This document shows positions 18,285 to 27,596 of a stretch of DNA of 28,848 nt, one piece after another. The notes beneath the pieces are model-generated. The model saw only the letters and a program-made list of their open reading frames with translations. It searched no databases and had not been told where the DNA came from. Origin of the DNA: Tolypothrix carrinoi HA7290-LM1 (GTDB lineage Bacteria > Cyanobacteriota > Cyanobacteriia > Cyanobacteriales > Nostocaceae); contig JAHHIK010000105.1 of assembly GCA_019358935.1 (NCBI GenBank), positions 1-28,848 on the forward strand, given 5' to 3'. Position numbers and translations under genes: made by a program. The first letter of the stretch is position 1; the number at the start of each line of letters is the position of its first letter.

Positions 18285-20021
18285 TTATTTGCGGTCTTCA
18301 GGATTTGCCGCAACCTTTGGATCTGGTTCGGCGCGTAATACAGAGTTAGGACCGCCAGACAAAACTGGATTGGGATCGTCTAAGGGTACACCTTCTTTGG
18401 CTTTTTCCAAACCGTAGTCGTAGGGTCCGGTAGCCAGTACTGGAAGTTTGTCAAAATTCTCAATTGCTGGCGGTGAGGTTGTCATCCACTCTAAGGTAAG
18501 TCCATCCCAAGGATTGTTACCTGCTTTTTTACCATACATCCAACTCCAAATCGCGTTGATGATGAAGGGGAATGTGGAAACCGCCAGTATATAAGCACCG
18601 TAAGTGCAAATTTCATTCAAAGTCGTAAATTTGGGGTCATACTGGGCAACACGTCGGTTCATGCCCATCATTCCCAGCTTGTGCATCGGTAAAAATGCCA
18701 TATTTAGACCGACGATAGTCAGAGTAAAGTGAACCTTACCCCAAAATTCGTTGATCATTCGTCCCGTCATTTTCGGGAACCAGTGGTAAATCGCGGAATA
18801 AATGCCGAGAACGCTACCACCAAAGAGGACATAATGCAAGTGTGCTACGACAAAATAGGTGTCGTGAACGTGAATATCAAACGGAACCGCAGCTAACATT
18901 ACGCCACTGATTCCGCCGATGACAAAAGTGCCGACAAAGCCCATTGCGAACAACATGGCGGTTGTCAGGCGGATTTTGCCACCCCACATAGTTGCTAACC
19001 AACTGAAGATTTTAATGCCGGTGGGTACGGCGATGATCATGGTGGTGATCATGAAGAACATCCGCAACCAACCGGGGATACCGCTGGTGAACATGTGGTG
19101 CGCCCAGACGATTAGTCCCAAAAAGCTGATGGCGAGACTGGAGTAGGCGATCGCTTTATATCCAAAAACCGGCTTGCGGGAATGCACGGGGATCACTTCA
19201 GAAATCGCCCCAAAAAAGGGCAAAATCATGATGTAAACCGCTGGGTGCGAGTAAAACCAGAACATGTGCTGGTATACAACCGGATCGCCACCACCAGTCG
19301 GGTTAAAAAATGTCGTTCCGGCAATTAAGTCAAAAGACAACAAAATTAAACCCGCCGCTAGGACTGGCGTTGATACCAAAGTCAGTGCTGAGGTAGCAAA
19401 CATTGCCCAGCAGAACAAGGGCATTTGATTGAAACCCATGCCAGGAATACGCATCTTCAGCAGGGTGACAAGGAAATTAATTGCCCCCAAAATCGAAGAT
19501 GTCCCCAGCAAAAGGACGCTCATAATCCATATTCCCTCACCCACTTGACCTGTAACCAAGCTCAAGGGAGGGTAGGAAGTCCAACCTGCGTCTGGTGCAT
19601 CGCCTACCAATAAACTGCTGATTAGCAATATACCAGCTGGCGGAATCATCCAAAAAGCGACAGCATTCAAGCGGGGGAATGCCATATCTTTTGCCCCAAT
19701 CATCAAGGGGATCAAGTAGTTAGCAAACCCCGCACCCGCTGGCACAATCCACAAGAAAATCATGATTGTGGCGTGCAGGGTAAACAAACTGTTGTAGACT
19801 TCAGGCGTGACAAAATCCGTTTCTGGCGTTCGCAGTTCTGTGCGAACTAAGTCAGCCATTACCCCGCCAATACAGTAAAAAACGAACGTTGTTACTAGGT
19901 ATTGAATTCCAATTACCTTATGGTCGGTGTTAAAGCCGAAGTAGTCTTGCCATTTTCTTACCCCCGCTTCCTCATTCAAGGCAGGGGTATTCGCAGTTTC
20001 CTGCAACTGTGCTTGTGTCAT
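18285..20021 (-). CDS. coxA: Cytochrome c oxidase subunit I
   Basis: TDHKVIG, HATIM, WFYSHPAVY (A2-type YS), WAHH and HLHYV motifs. Start set at MTQAQ (20021) because the upstream codons are repeat-derived. Confidence 0.97.
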   Translation of the reverse strand: MTQAQLQETANTPALNEEAGVRKWQDYFGFNTDHKVIGIQYLVTTFVFYCIGGVMADLVRTELRTPETDFVTPEVYNSLFTLHATIMIFLWIVPAGAGFANYLIPLMIGAKDMAFPRLNAVAFWMIPPAGILLISSLLVGDAPDAGWTSYPPLSLVTGQVGEGIWIMSVLLLGTSSILGAINFLVTLLKMRIPGMGFNQMPLFCWAMFATSALTLVSTPVLAAGLILLSFDLIAGTTFFNPTGGGDPVVYQHMFWFYSHPAVYIMILPFFGAISEVIPVHSRKPVFGYKAIAYSSLAISFLGLIVWAHHMFTSGIPGWLRMFFMITTMIIAVPTGIKIFSWLATMWGGKIRLTTAMLFAMGFVGTFVIGGISGVMLAAVPFDIHVHDTYFVVAHLHYVLFGGSVLGIYSAIYHWFPKMTGRMINEFWGKVHFTLTIVGLNMAFLPMHKLGMMGMNRRVAQYDPKFTTLNEICTYGAYILAVSTFPFIINAIWSWMYGKKAGNNPWDGLTLEWMTTSPPAIENFDKLPVLATGPYDYGLEKAKEGVPLDDPNPVLSGGPNSVLRAEPDPKVAANPEDRK

Positions 20022-20031
20022 AAAAGTCCTT

Positions 20032-20179
20032 TTGGTTGTTGGTTGTTGGTGGGCATTGGGCATTGGGCAATGGGCATTGGTAATAAAAGATGCTTTCCAT
20101 GCCTCATGACGCGGCTATGCTTCAAGTCTTTTGACCGAACGCACTGCCTCCCCCATGCCCCATGCCCACTAACCAATAA
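20032..20179. repeat. STRR arrays (TTGGTTG, GGGCATT / CCCCATG) between coxB and coxA with a degenerate small repeat
   Basis: Heptamer tandem repeats in inverted orientation, with ..TGCTTCAAGTC..ACGCACTGCCTC at ~20108-20150. Confidence 0.75.
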
Positions 20180-21262
20180 CTAATGGTGAATTTGATGTAA
20201 GATTTCTGGCTGAATTCCCATGTCCTTGGTGTAAGGAGCGAGAAATTGATCTGGGGATATATCCTCCGTGTTGACAGCAACGGCTTGATTTAGTGTTTCA
20301 GTGCTGGCAACTAGCTGTTCTTGTATCCAGTTATCAAAAGCTTCCTGCTTTTCCACAATAACTTGTGTTCTCATGGCACCGTGGTATGGACCGCAAAGTT
20401 CAGCACAGATAAGGTCATAATTACCCTCTTTTTTCGGTGTAAAGCGAATTTCACTTTGCCGACCGGGGATAACATCTTGCTTGAGGCGGAATTCTGGCAC
20501 CCAAAAGGCATGAATGACATCGTTGGCGCTCATGCTGAGTTGCACTTCGCGTCCGACGGGAACGTGGAGTTCACCGGAGGTAACATCAGTTTCTGGATAG
20601 GTAAAAATCCAGGCGTACTGCAAACCTGTGACGTTGACTACCATTGCTGGTGGTTTGCCTTCTTTTCCGGGAACAGGACCGATGGTGGGAGAAACAATAC
20701 CTACGCCAGGGGCATTTCGCTTTTGGGGAATTTGATCGGCATTGCGGACTGCGGCTGTAGCGGGGTCTTGCATTGCCTCATCAGATTTCTGCTGATTCAG
20801 GTTGGGTTCTGTGCTGGGTGGAGTGTCGTTTAAAGTTGCTGCGATCGCTGCCCCAGGCATTTTCATCGACTGCTGCATAATTGGGGCTTCGTGGACGGCG
20901 TGGGGGTTAAAGCCACCCATTTCGTTATATACGTCAAAGCTGTAAACAGAAATACCGAGAACGATAATTGCTGGGATCGCCGTCCAAAGAATTTCTAAAG
21001 GTATGTTGCCTTCGACGGGTGGTCCGTCAGAGTTGTCGCCAGGACGACGACGGTATTTAAAGGCACAATAAATCAAAATACCCTCGACGAGCAAAAATAT
21101 ACCCGTTGAGACGACCATCATCGTGTTAAACAGACCATCCACTAAATCGGCTTCGTCAGTTGCTGCTGTAGGCAACAGACCGTGATTTTGACCGTACCAG
21201 AGGCTGACCAGTGTCAGCAGGATGCCAATGAGTAACGTCCAGATTGAACTTGGAATTTTCAC
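20180..21262 (-). CDS. coxB: Cytochrome c oxidase subunit II
   Basis: DVIHAFWVP and the CuA motif CAELCGPYHGAM. Confidence 0.97.
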   Translation of the reverse strand: MKIPSSIWTLLIGILLTLVSLWYGQNHGLLPTAATDEADLVDGLFNTMMVVSTGIFLLVEGILIYCAFKYRRRPGDNSDGPPVEGNIPLEILWTAIPAIIVLGISVYSFDVYNEMGGFNPHAVHEAPIMQQSMKMPGAAIAATLNDTPPSTEPNLNQQKSDEAMQDPATAAVRNADQIPQKRNAPGVGIVSPTIGPVPGKEGKPPAMVVNVTGLQYAWIFTYPETDVTSGELHVPVGREVQLSMSANDVIHAFWVPEFRLKQDVIPGRQSEIRFTPKKEGNYDLICAELCGPYHGAMRTQVIVEKQEAFDNWIQEQLVASTETLNQAVAVNTEDISPDQFLAPYTKDMGIQPEILHQIHH

Positions 21263-21692
21263 GGTTGATTAGAGTTAATGACTTTACTATTTTGGACAGA
21301 GCTGCTTACTTACTACGGTAGTCCAGCCTATAAGACATTGAGTATATAGGTCTGAAATTTTTATTAATTTTTTTCCGAGCTTTTCTCATTTTTCGTTAGG
21401 GGGGTTTGCTAGATATTGCCAAGGATAGATGTAAATATAAGGCAAAAATTTAACAAAGAATTTAGATAAGTTAAATGATTGCCATTAATCAAATGGTGAC
21501 AAAAGAGAAAATTCTCTAAAGCTTTTGGCTAAAAGTCGATTCGTTCATTCACAGTATAAATCAGAGCTAATCTTTAACCTTGGTTTATACGCTAGGGTGG
21601 TTAGGAGAAGGACACTTGCGCTTTTGGGGCAGAGTGTATCCTAACTGACAAATTTTAGAGTTTTTCTCTTCAGCTGGCATAAGGTATCATTC

Positions 21693-22667
21693 ATGAGTGA
21701 ATTTGTCCTAGAACAACAAAATGAAGCGGCACAAGAGCAGCAAAAACCCAAGGAAATGATTCGTCGCTTGGTGTGGAAAATTTGTGTAGCCACCTTAATT
21801 TTGATGGCAATAGGCAGCGCCACCCGCGTGATGAATGCTGGACTCGCTTGCCCAGATTGGCCCTTGTGCTACGGGGAACTTGTGCCAGCTAAACAAATGA
21901 ATTTCCAAGTTTTTCTGGAGTGGTTTCACAGGTTGGATGCTTCGTTGATTGGATTGAGCGCGATCGCACTCGCTGTCTTAAGCTGGTGGCATCGTCGATA
22001 TGTACCCAACTGGCTTCCTTGGGCTTCTCTTTTCTCGCTGTTTTTAATTGTCTTCCAAGGCATCTTGGGTGGACTCACCGTTACTGAACTTTTGCGCTTT
22101 GATATCGTTACGGCGCATTTGGCAACGGCGTTGTTATTTTTCATTACTCTACTAGTTATCGGCACGGCACTCGCTCCCTACCAAGGAACTGGAACTGTTG
22201 GTAAGTTACCTTGGGTAAGTTTAACCGCCGCTATTTTGGTTTATCTACAAAGTTTGCTTGGTGCTTTGGTAGGATCTCGCTGGGCACTACATCAATGTTT
22301 TGGCGGTTCTCAACTTTGTGCTGTAATGTACAGTCATATCGGTGGGGTGGTGCCGCCAACAGTAGCAACTTTGGCTGTTGTATTTCTCTCATTGCGTACA
22401 CCTGCACTACATCCAGCTTTGCGGCAATTAGCTAAGATAACTGCTGGACTACTAGTTTTACAAATTTTGTTGGGAGTTGCCACTTTTAAGTTACATCTCC
22501 AAGTCGAGCCTCTTACCGTTTCTCACCAACTTATAGGCGCGTGTTTGCTGGGTACATTGGTGGTTTTCACGGTTCTGTCGTTGCGTGATTTGGCTCTAAG
22601 TCGTGGTATTAATGTTTATTCATCTGGTGTCACGGCGACTACAAGTGTAGATGGAGTGAATTTATAA
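21693..22667 (+). CDS. ctaA: Heme A synthase (COX15/CtaA)
   Basis: AGLACPDWPLC, EWFHR and VTAHL motifs. Confidence 0.93.
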   Translation: MSEFVLEQQNEAAQEQQKPKEMIRRLVWKICVATLILMAIGSATRVMNAGLACPDWPLCYGELVPAKQMNFQVFLEWFHRLDASLIGLSAIALAVLSWWHRRYVPNWLPWASLFSLFLIVFQGILGGLTVTELLRFDIVTAHLATALLFFITLLVIGTALAPYQGTGTVGKLPWVSLTAAILVYLQSLLGALVGSRWALHQCFGGSQLCAVMYSHIGGVVPPTVATLAVVFLSLRTPALHPALRQLAKITAGLLVLQILLGVATFKLHLQVEPLTVSHQLIGACLLGTLVVFTVLSLRDLALSRGINVYSSGVTATTSVDGVNL

Positions 22668-22768
22668 GTTAAATGCGAGTGCTGGAAGTCTGTCTTTTTG
22701 TTGGACTATAAAAGCCAGAGGCGATAACGATAGCACAGAAATTGAACAAATAAGGAATTAGAGTCAAC

Positions 22769-23725
22769 ATGATTGAGACTAATGTCTCGAAGCACCACCA
22801 AACATTTTCCCAAGTTATTCAAAGCTACTACCAGCTGACTAAGCCTCGGATTATTCCGCTGCTATTGATTACCACTGCTGGTAGTATGTGGATTGCCGGT
22901 GAGGGAAAAGTAGATCCATTGCTGTTGTTAGTAACTCTGTCTGGTGGTACTTTGGCAGCTGCTAGCGCCCAGACGATTAATTGTATCTATGACCGAGATA
23001 TTGATTATGATATGGAGCGCACGCGCCATCGTCCTTTGCCTTCGGGTAGGATACAGCCTCGTGATGCTTTGATTTTTGCGATCGCTCTTGCTGTGATTTC
23101 TTTCAGTCTGCTTTTTGTATTTGCCAATTTACTAGCCGCAATGCTGGCAATGTCTGGTATTGTATTTTATATTTTGGTCTACACTCACTGGCTAAAACGC
23201 TCTAGCACGCAAAATATTGTCATTGGTGGAGCTGCTGGGGCGATTCCGGCGCTGGTTGGCTGGGCGGCTGTTACGGGAACTTTAAGTTGGGTTGCTTGGT
23301 TACTTTTTGCAATCGTCTTTGTTTGGACACCTCCCCATTTCTGGGCTTTGGCGTTGATGATTCGGGATGATTACGCAAAGGTAGGGATACCAATGTTACC
23401 AGTTGTCGCGGGCAATGAAGCGACGGTGCGGCAGATTTGGTTTTACACGTTGGTTTTGGTGCCAACCACGCTGCTATTAGTTTATCCGTTACAGGCAACG
23501 GGAATTGTCTACGCAGCGATCGCACTTGCTTTGGGAGGATTATTTATCCTCAAGGCTTGGCACTTGTTACACAATCCAGGCGATCGTACTTTGGCTAAAG
23601 ATTTATTTCTCTATTCCATCTCTTACATGATGCTGTTGTGTCTGAGTATGGTAATTGATAGTCTTCCTTTGACTCATCGTTTAATTAGTGTTGTGGCAAG
23701 TCAGTTGCACTTAGTTGTTAGTTAA
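22769..23725 (+). CDS. ctaB: Protoheme IX farnesyltransferase (heme O synthase)
   Basis: [24 protein letters not shown] and WTPPHFWAL motifs. Confidence 0.96.
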   Translation: MIETNVSKHHQTFSQVIQSYYQLTKPRIIPLLLITTAGSMWIAGEGKVDPLLLLVTLSGGTLAAASAQTINCIYDRDIDYDMERTRHRPLPSGRIQPRDALIFAIALAVISFSLLFVFANLLAAMLAMSGIVFYILVYTHWLKRSSTQNIVIGGAAGAIPALVGWAAVTGTLSWVAWLLFAIVFVWTPPHFWALALMIRDDYAKVGIPMLPVVAGNEATVRQIWFYTLVLVPTTLLLVYPLQATGIVYAAIALALGGLFILKAWHLLHNPGDRTLAKDLFLYSISYMMLLCLSMVIDSLPLTHRLISVVASQLHLVVS

Positions 23726-23920
23726 TTGGCACGCAAGAGCGATCGTCAAAATCCGACACCCTTCTAGGGTGTCGCGTTGTGCGTACAGAGCTTACGCAGG
23801 TAAGCTCTCGTTTTTGAGCCAGCGGCTTCGGTGCCTGCGGGCGTTTGTTTGTTGCGAGCGTTTGTTTGTCCGGAAAAACGCTGTTTATAAAAGTGCGTTT
23901 CTAACCGCTTTTTAGATGCC

Positions 23921-23957
23921 AAAAAAGGCTCAAGCAGTAATTCATGCTTGAGCCTTT
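23921..23957 (-). terminator. Intrinsic terminator of rbp
   Basis: AAAGGCTCAAGCA..TGCTTGAGCCTTT stem, followed by a U-tract on the minus strand. Confidence 0.8.
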
Positions 23958-23995
23958 CCTAAATTCAATTAACTTAATAATTGAATCTTTAAGAC

Positions 23996-24304
23996 TTAGT
24001 AGCGGTTGCGGTTGTAGCCACCGCCGCCGCGATTACCACCACCGTTGAAGGAACCTCTGTCTTCCTTGGGTTTAGCTTTGTTAACTTTGAGATCGCGTCC
24101 CATCCACTCAGCACCATCAAGCGCATCGATGGCGGCTGTTTCTTCAGCTTCTGAACCCATTTCCACAAAACCAAAGCCGCGTAAACGACCTGTTTCACGG
24201 TCGGTAGGCAACTGAACTCGTTTTACAGAACCATATTCTGCAAAAACAGAAGTCAGAGCTTCTTGTGTAACTTCATAAGAGAGGTTACCTACATAAATAG
24301 ACAT
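23996..24304 (-). CDS. rbp: RRM RNA-binding protein with Gly-rich tail (Rbp)
   Basis: RNP2 IYVGNL, RNP1 RGFGFVEM and a C-terminal Gly-rich tail. Confidence 0.96.
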   Translation of the reverse strand: MSIYVGNLSYEVTQEALTSVFAEYGSVKRVQLPTDRETGRLRGFGFVEMGSEAEETAAIDALDGAEWMGRDLKVNKAKPKEDRGSFNGGGNRGGGGYNRNRY

Positions 24305-24310
24305 AGATTG

Positions 24311-24413
24311 TCTCCAAAATCATGAATGTGCGGAGATTTAGATTTCGGAGAAAAGTCTGTAAACACCAAAAGAAGAATACCTGTCAATGCTAAAAACAAA
24401 CGCTGTCGCCGAA
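24311..24413 (-). promoter_or_regulatory. Conserved cold-inducible rbp 5'UTR boxes
   Basis: Box III TTCGGCGA (24406-24413), box II TTTGTTTTTAGC (24389-24400), box I TCTCCGAA (24344-24351) and the RBS-like TTTGGAGA (24311-24318). Confidence 0.8.
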
Positions 24414-24511
24414 TTAATTCTCATATCGATGGTAGCATAGCAAGCAAGGAAGAGTGCGTTCATCGATAAAAAATGTAATCAAAATTTATGTGTAGTTAAG
24501 GCACGAACCGC

Positions 24512-25753
24512 TCACACACGTCTACCCAAACCTACCCAAAGCTCGGCAGATGTAGACAAGTGCATTCGTAATGGGTCAACCACTACAGGGATAAACGGCA
24601 ATCCCTCTATTCCCTTCATGAAGTCGGGAATTACTTTGCGCCCGATATTCAAACTACCATTTACATCAGCATTAATTAATCTGCCAGTGCCAGATCGATA
24701 CAAACCGCGCTTAATTCGCGATCCTGTGAAGATAGGCGCGGTTTTTCCATATTTGGGCAGTGCATCATCATCGAGAGCGCTAGCCTTGCTGGTGTATGCT
24801 TCCTCTGTCGTTATCACCTTAATCCCAGCCAAAGCACCTTTGTACTCCAGCATCTGAATTAAACGTGCATGAGGAATCTGAGTGAATTGCTGGTTATTGG
24901 ACTTACCAATATTGATTTCTTGCTTCCAGCCATCATTCTTACCAATAATCAAATGACTGATACCCGATGCCAGACACCAATTAATGACACGCTTGGAGGC
25001 AGTATGAAGATAATTAGAAATGCGGTTATTACGTTTGTGAACTAAGTCTAAAACCTGTCGATTAGCCTCTATGGATTGAGCTGAAGCTTTGCGTTTATTG
25101 AACAATTGGTTTATCGCTTTCAATGGCTTGCCATTTACAATCAAAGGTTTGACACCTGGATTGTTAGATGTAACAGTCATCAAATTACTTAAACCTAAAT
25201 CAATAGCAGCAGTGTAGCCATTGCGTTGTTCAGGTATTTCTTGTGAATAGACAACCTCGATGACATAACAAGTTTTTTGAGGTACAATCCTTACCTGGTC
25301 AACGTTGTCCGTTTTGGTAGGTAGCTTGATATCACATTGAGAAAGTACAACAAAGCCTTTTCTAAGCCCTGGTATCGATACACTTTCATCTGGATAGACC
25401 ACTACGTTTCTACCATCTATTTTGTGTTTGTAGCCTGGTATTTTTGGCTTACCTAAAAACTTAGATGGGTCTTGATTCCATGCTTTCATAGCACCGATAA
25501 AACCTGTCCAAGCTTGACAAAGTACCTTACAAATCTGCTTTGATACCTTGGTAGGCAATGCTCTATACGCTTCGTGGTTCTTAATCAGATGGTAAAGACT
25601 AGGCAGTGTGTGATATTTGCCAGTATCAAAAAAGTATTGACGCTGAATGTAGTTAGCAGCGTTGTACAAGTCTTTAGACTTAAAAGCTAACTGGTCACAC
25701 TCTTTCCAAAACGGATGTTGTCTGTTAATGGTGTGCTTTTCTACAAGTTGCAT
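24512..25753 (-). CDS. tnpB: RNA-guided endonuclease TnpB (413 aa; rearranged RuvC-II, no Zn-finger cysteines)
   Basis: MQLVEKH start, LYNAANY, RuvC-I IDLG, IIGKN at the canonical E position, EEAYTSK, and RuvC-III NADVNG. Confidence 0.93.
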   Translation of the reverse strand: MQLVEKHTINRQHPFWKECDQLAFKSKDLYNAANYIQRQYFFDTGKYHTLPSLYHLIKNHEAYRALPTKVSKQICKVLCQAWTGFIGAMKAWNQDPSKFLGKPKIPGYKHKIDGRNVVVYPDESVSIPGLRKGFVVLSQCDIKLPTKTDNVDQVRIVPQKTCYVIEVVYSQEIPEQRNGYTAAIDLGLSNLMTVTSNNPGVKPLIVNGKPLKAINQLFNKRKASAQSIEANRQVLDLVHKRNNRISNYLHTASKRVINWCLASGISHLIIGKNDGWKQEINIGKSNNQQFTQIPHARLIQMLEYKGALAGIKVITTEEAYTSKASALDDDALPKYGKTAPIFTGSRIKRGLYRSGTGRLINADVNGSLNIGRKVIPDFMKGIEGLPFIPVVVDPLRMHLSTSAELWVGLGRRV

Positions 25754-25814
25754 TGAAACGAGCGTTATCAATGTGCTATAAATATTACTATAGCAATATA
25801 TTTGTTGATTATGT

Positions 25815-26000
25815 ATGCCTTTTGAGAAAAAACATAAATTAGGTGCGAAACCATTGAATGACACGGCGTTTGACAGGACTCCAGTGTGTCTCAATGTCAG
25901 AGAGGGCGTAAGAGAAAAGTTAAAAACCGTCCCCGACTGGAAAGAACGGTTAAGAGAGTTTATTGACCAACTCATATCAGACCTACCCAAAAATCAGTAG
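25815..26000 (+). CDS. 61-aa RHH-like hypothetical protein divergent from tnpB, inside the element
   Basis: Predicted strand PVCLNV, helix REGVREKLK and helix DWKERLREFIDQLI. The stop codon lies just before the left-end repeats. Confidence 0.7.
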   Translation: MPFEKKHKLGAKPLNDTAFDRTPVCLNVREGVREKLKTVPDWKERLREFIDQLISDLPKNQ

Positions 26001-26409
26001 TAATGGGTAGAAGTGGGTAGGAATTAAGTTACAGTTCCTTACCCGCGAACAGGAATACCCAGCCCAACGGGAGAATCAGTACGAATAGACGGAAACCGAA
26101 GAAAGCCGACTCCCAACACCGTCAAACAAGCGAAGCGTTGGGTACCTACGTTCGCCTTGGTCTGTCCTTGGGAGAAGAATTTCAATACACGGCGCAGGAT
26201 TTTATTTTTATGGTTCTTCCGCAAAGCGCGATCGCACCGAAAAATAGTAATTTTAACTGAACTCAAAACTGGTAGAAGAATTTGGGAGTGCGATCGCCCA
26301 AGCGCGTTGAAACGCATATATCAACGAAGAGTCTTTTGGCGCTTTTGCTAACCTAGTAATGAAGGGTTAATTACCCAGCCACCTGCTGAGTGGGTAAAAG
26401 GAGTTTAAC

Positions 26410-27288
26410 ATGGCTCATTTAAATCTGCGGCATCCGGAAAATGTCAGCGGCGATTTTTATGTCGATACTTCCTGTATTGATTGTGACACCTGTCGCTGGA
26501 TGGCTCCGGAAGTGTTTGTTGAAGTTGGTGAACAATCGGCAGTTCATCATCAACCAGCTAATGAAGCCCAACGATTAAGTGCGCTACAAGCTTTGTTGGC
26601 TTGTCCAACTAGTTCCATTGGTACAATCGAGAAGCCGCAAGATATCAAATACGCTCAACTGAGTTTTCCAATTTTAGTTGCCCAAAATGTTTACCACTGC
26701 GGTTATCATTCGGAAGATTCTTTTGGTGCTGCGAGTTATTTGATTCAATTACCCGAAGGTAATGTTTTGGTAGATTCTCCCCGGTTTACACCACCGTTGG
26801 TGAAGCGGATAGAAAAAATGGGGGGGATACGTTATATGTATATGACTCACAGAGATGATGTAGCGGATCATCAAAAGTTTGCCGAGCATTTTGAGTGTCA
26901 GCGCATTTTTCACACTAACGATATTACAGTTTCTACTCGCGATGTAGAAATTCAGCTAACTGGTAGTGAACCATTTGAGTTGACTCCGGAATTGTTAATT
27001 ATTCCCGTTCCCGGTCACACGAAAGGACACACTGTTCTACTTTACAAACAGAAGTTTCTTTTTACTGGCGATCATCTCGCTTGGTCTGATACATATAAAC
27101 AGTTGATTGGCTTTCGCAATGCTTGCTGGTATTCTTGGTCAGAACAGCTTAAATCAATGCGAAATTTAGCTAATTATACATTTGAGTGGGTGTTACCAGG
27201 TCACGGGCGGAGGTATCATGCTGATGCTCTTTTGATGAATCAGCAGATGCACAAATGTATTGAGTGGATGGAATCGGCTGGGCGGTAA
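26410..27288 (+). CDS. Ferredoxin-fused metallo-beta-lactamase-fold hydrolase
   Basis: CIDCDTC..ACP ferredoxin motif, with THRDDVADH, PGHTKGH, TGDH and PGHG. RBS AGGAG upstream. Confidence 0.9.
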   Translation: MAHLNLRHPENVSGDFYVDTSCIDCDTCRWMAPEVFVEVGEQSAVHHQPANEAQRLSALQALLACPTSSIGTIEKPQDIKYAQLSFPILVAQNVYHCGYHSEDSFGAASYLIQLPEGNVLVDSPRFTPPLVKRIEKMGGIRYMYMTHRDDVADHQKFAEHFECQRIFHTNDITVSTRDVEIQLTGSEPFELTPELLIIPVPGHTKGHTVLLYKQKFLFTGDHLAWSDTYKQLIGFRNACWYSWSEQLKSMRNLANYTFEWVLPGHGRRYHADALLMNQQMHKCIEWMESAGR

Positions 27289-27344
27289 GTATAAAAAGTT
27301 TTTTACCAGGCTTGCCGAATTAAAATCCCAAATGCCTAATTTAT

Positions 27345-27375
27345 AGTAGAGACGTTCCGCTGGAACGTCTCTACT
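27345..27375. repeat. REP-like palindrome
   Basis: AGTAGAGACGTTCC-gct-GGAACGTCTCTACT. Confidence 0.8.
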
Positions 27376-27596
27376 GTGAATATTGCTAGGATTTTGACAA
27401 TACCTTTTTCAAAGCACTAATAGATGGTGCTTTAGAAGTAGCCGCCACCTGTGGTAATTACCCAATATTCAGGTGCGAATAACTTCGAGCGTGCGAGAGA
27501 AACCTTGGTCATCGATTAGGCGGATAAAGAAAGAGCATGGCGATCGCCATTTTCTTTGTTACCAAATGTTTTCACTGTATTTATAAGAAGTTTTAG

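Larger units (their letters stand above)
24508..26038 (-). mobile_element. IS607-like non-autonomous TnpB element
   Basis: GG at both termini on the minus strand. CTACCC pairs 10 bp apart at 24522/24532, with inverted GGGTAG pairs at 26005/26015. Confidence 0.75.

Noticed and set aside
20022..20063. Longer coxA start (MPNAHQQ...)
   Set aside because: The extension is encoded by STRR heptamers.
24512..25753. Nuclease-dead TnpB (TldR-like) because the canonical RuvC-II Glu is missing
   Set aside because: Both Asp residues and an alternative Glu (EEAYTSK) are present, and the gene still sits within transposon ends.
25754..25990. 79-aa N-terminal extension of TnpB in the ORF track
   Set aside because: It overlaps the antisense 61-aa gene and the spacer; the family-like start is MQLVEKH at 25753.
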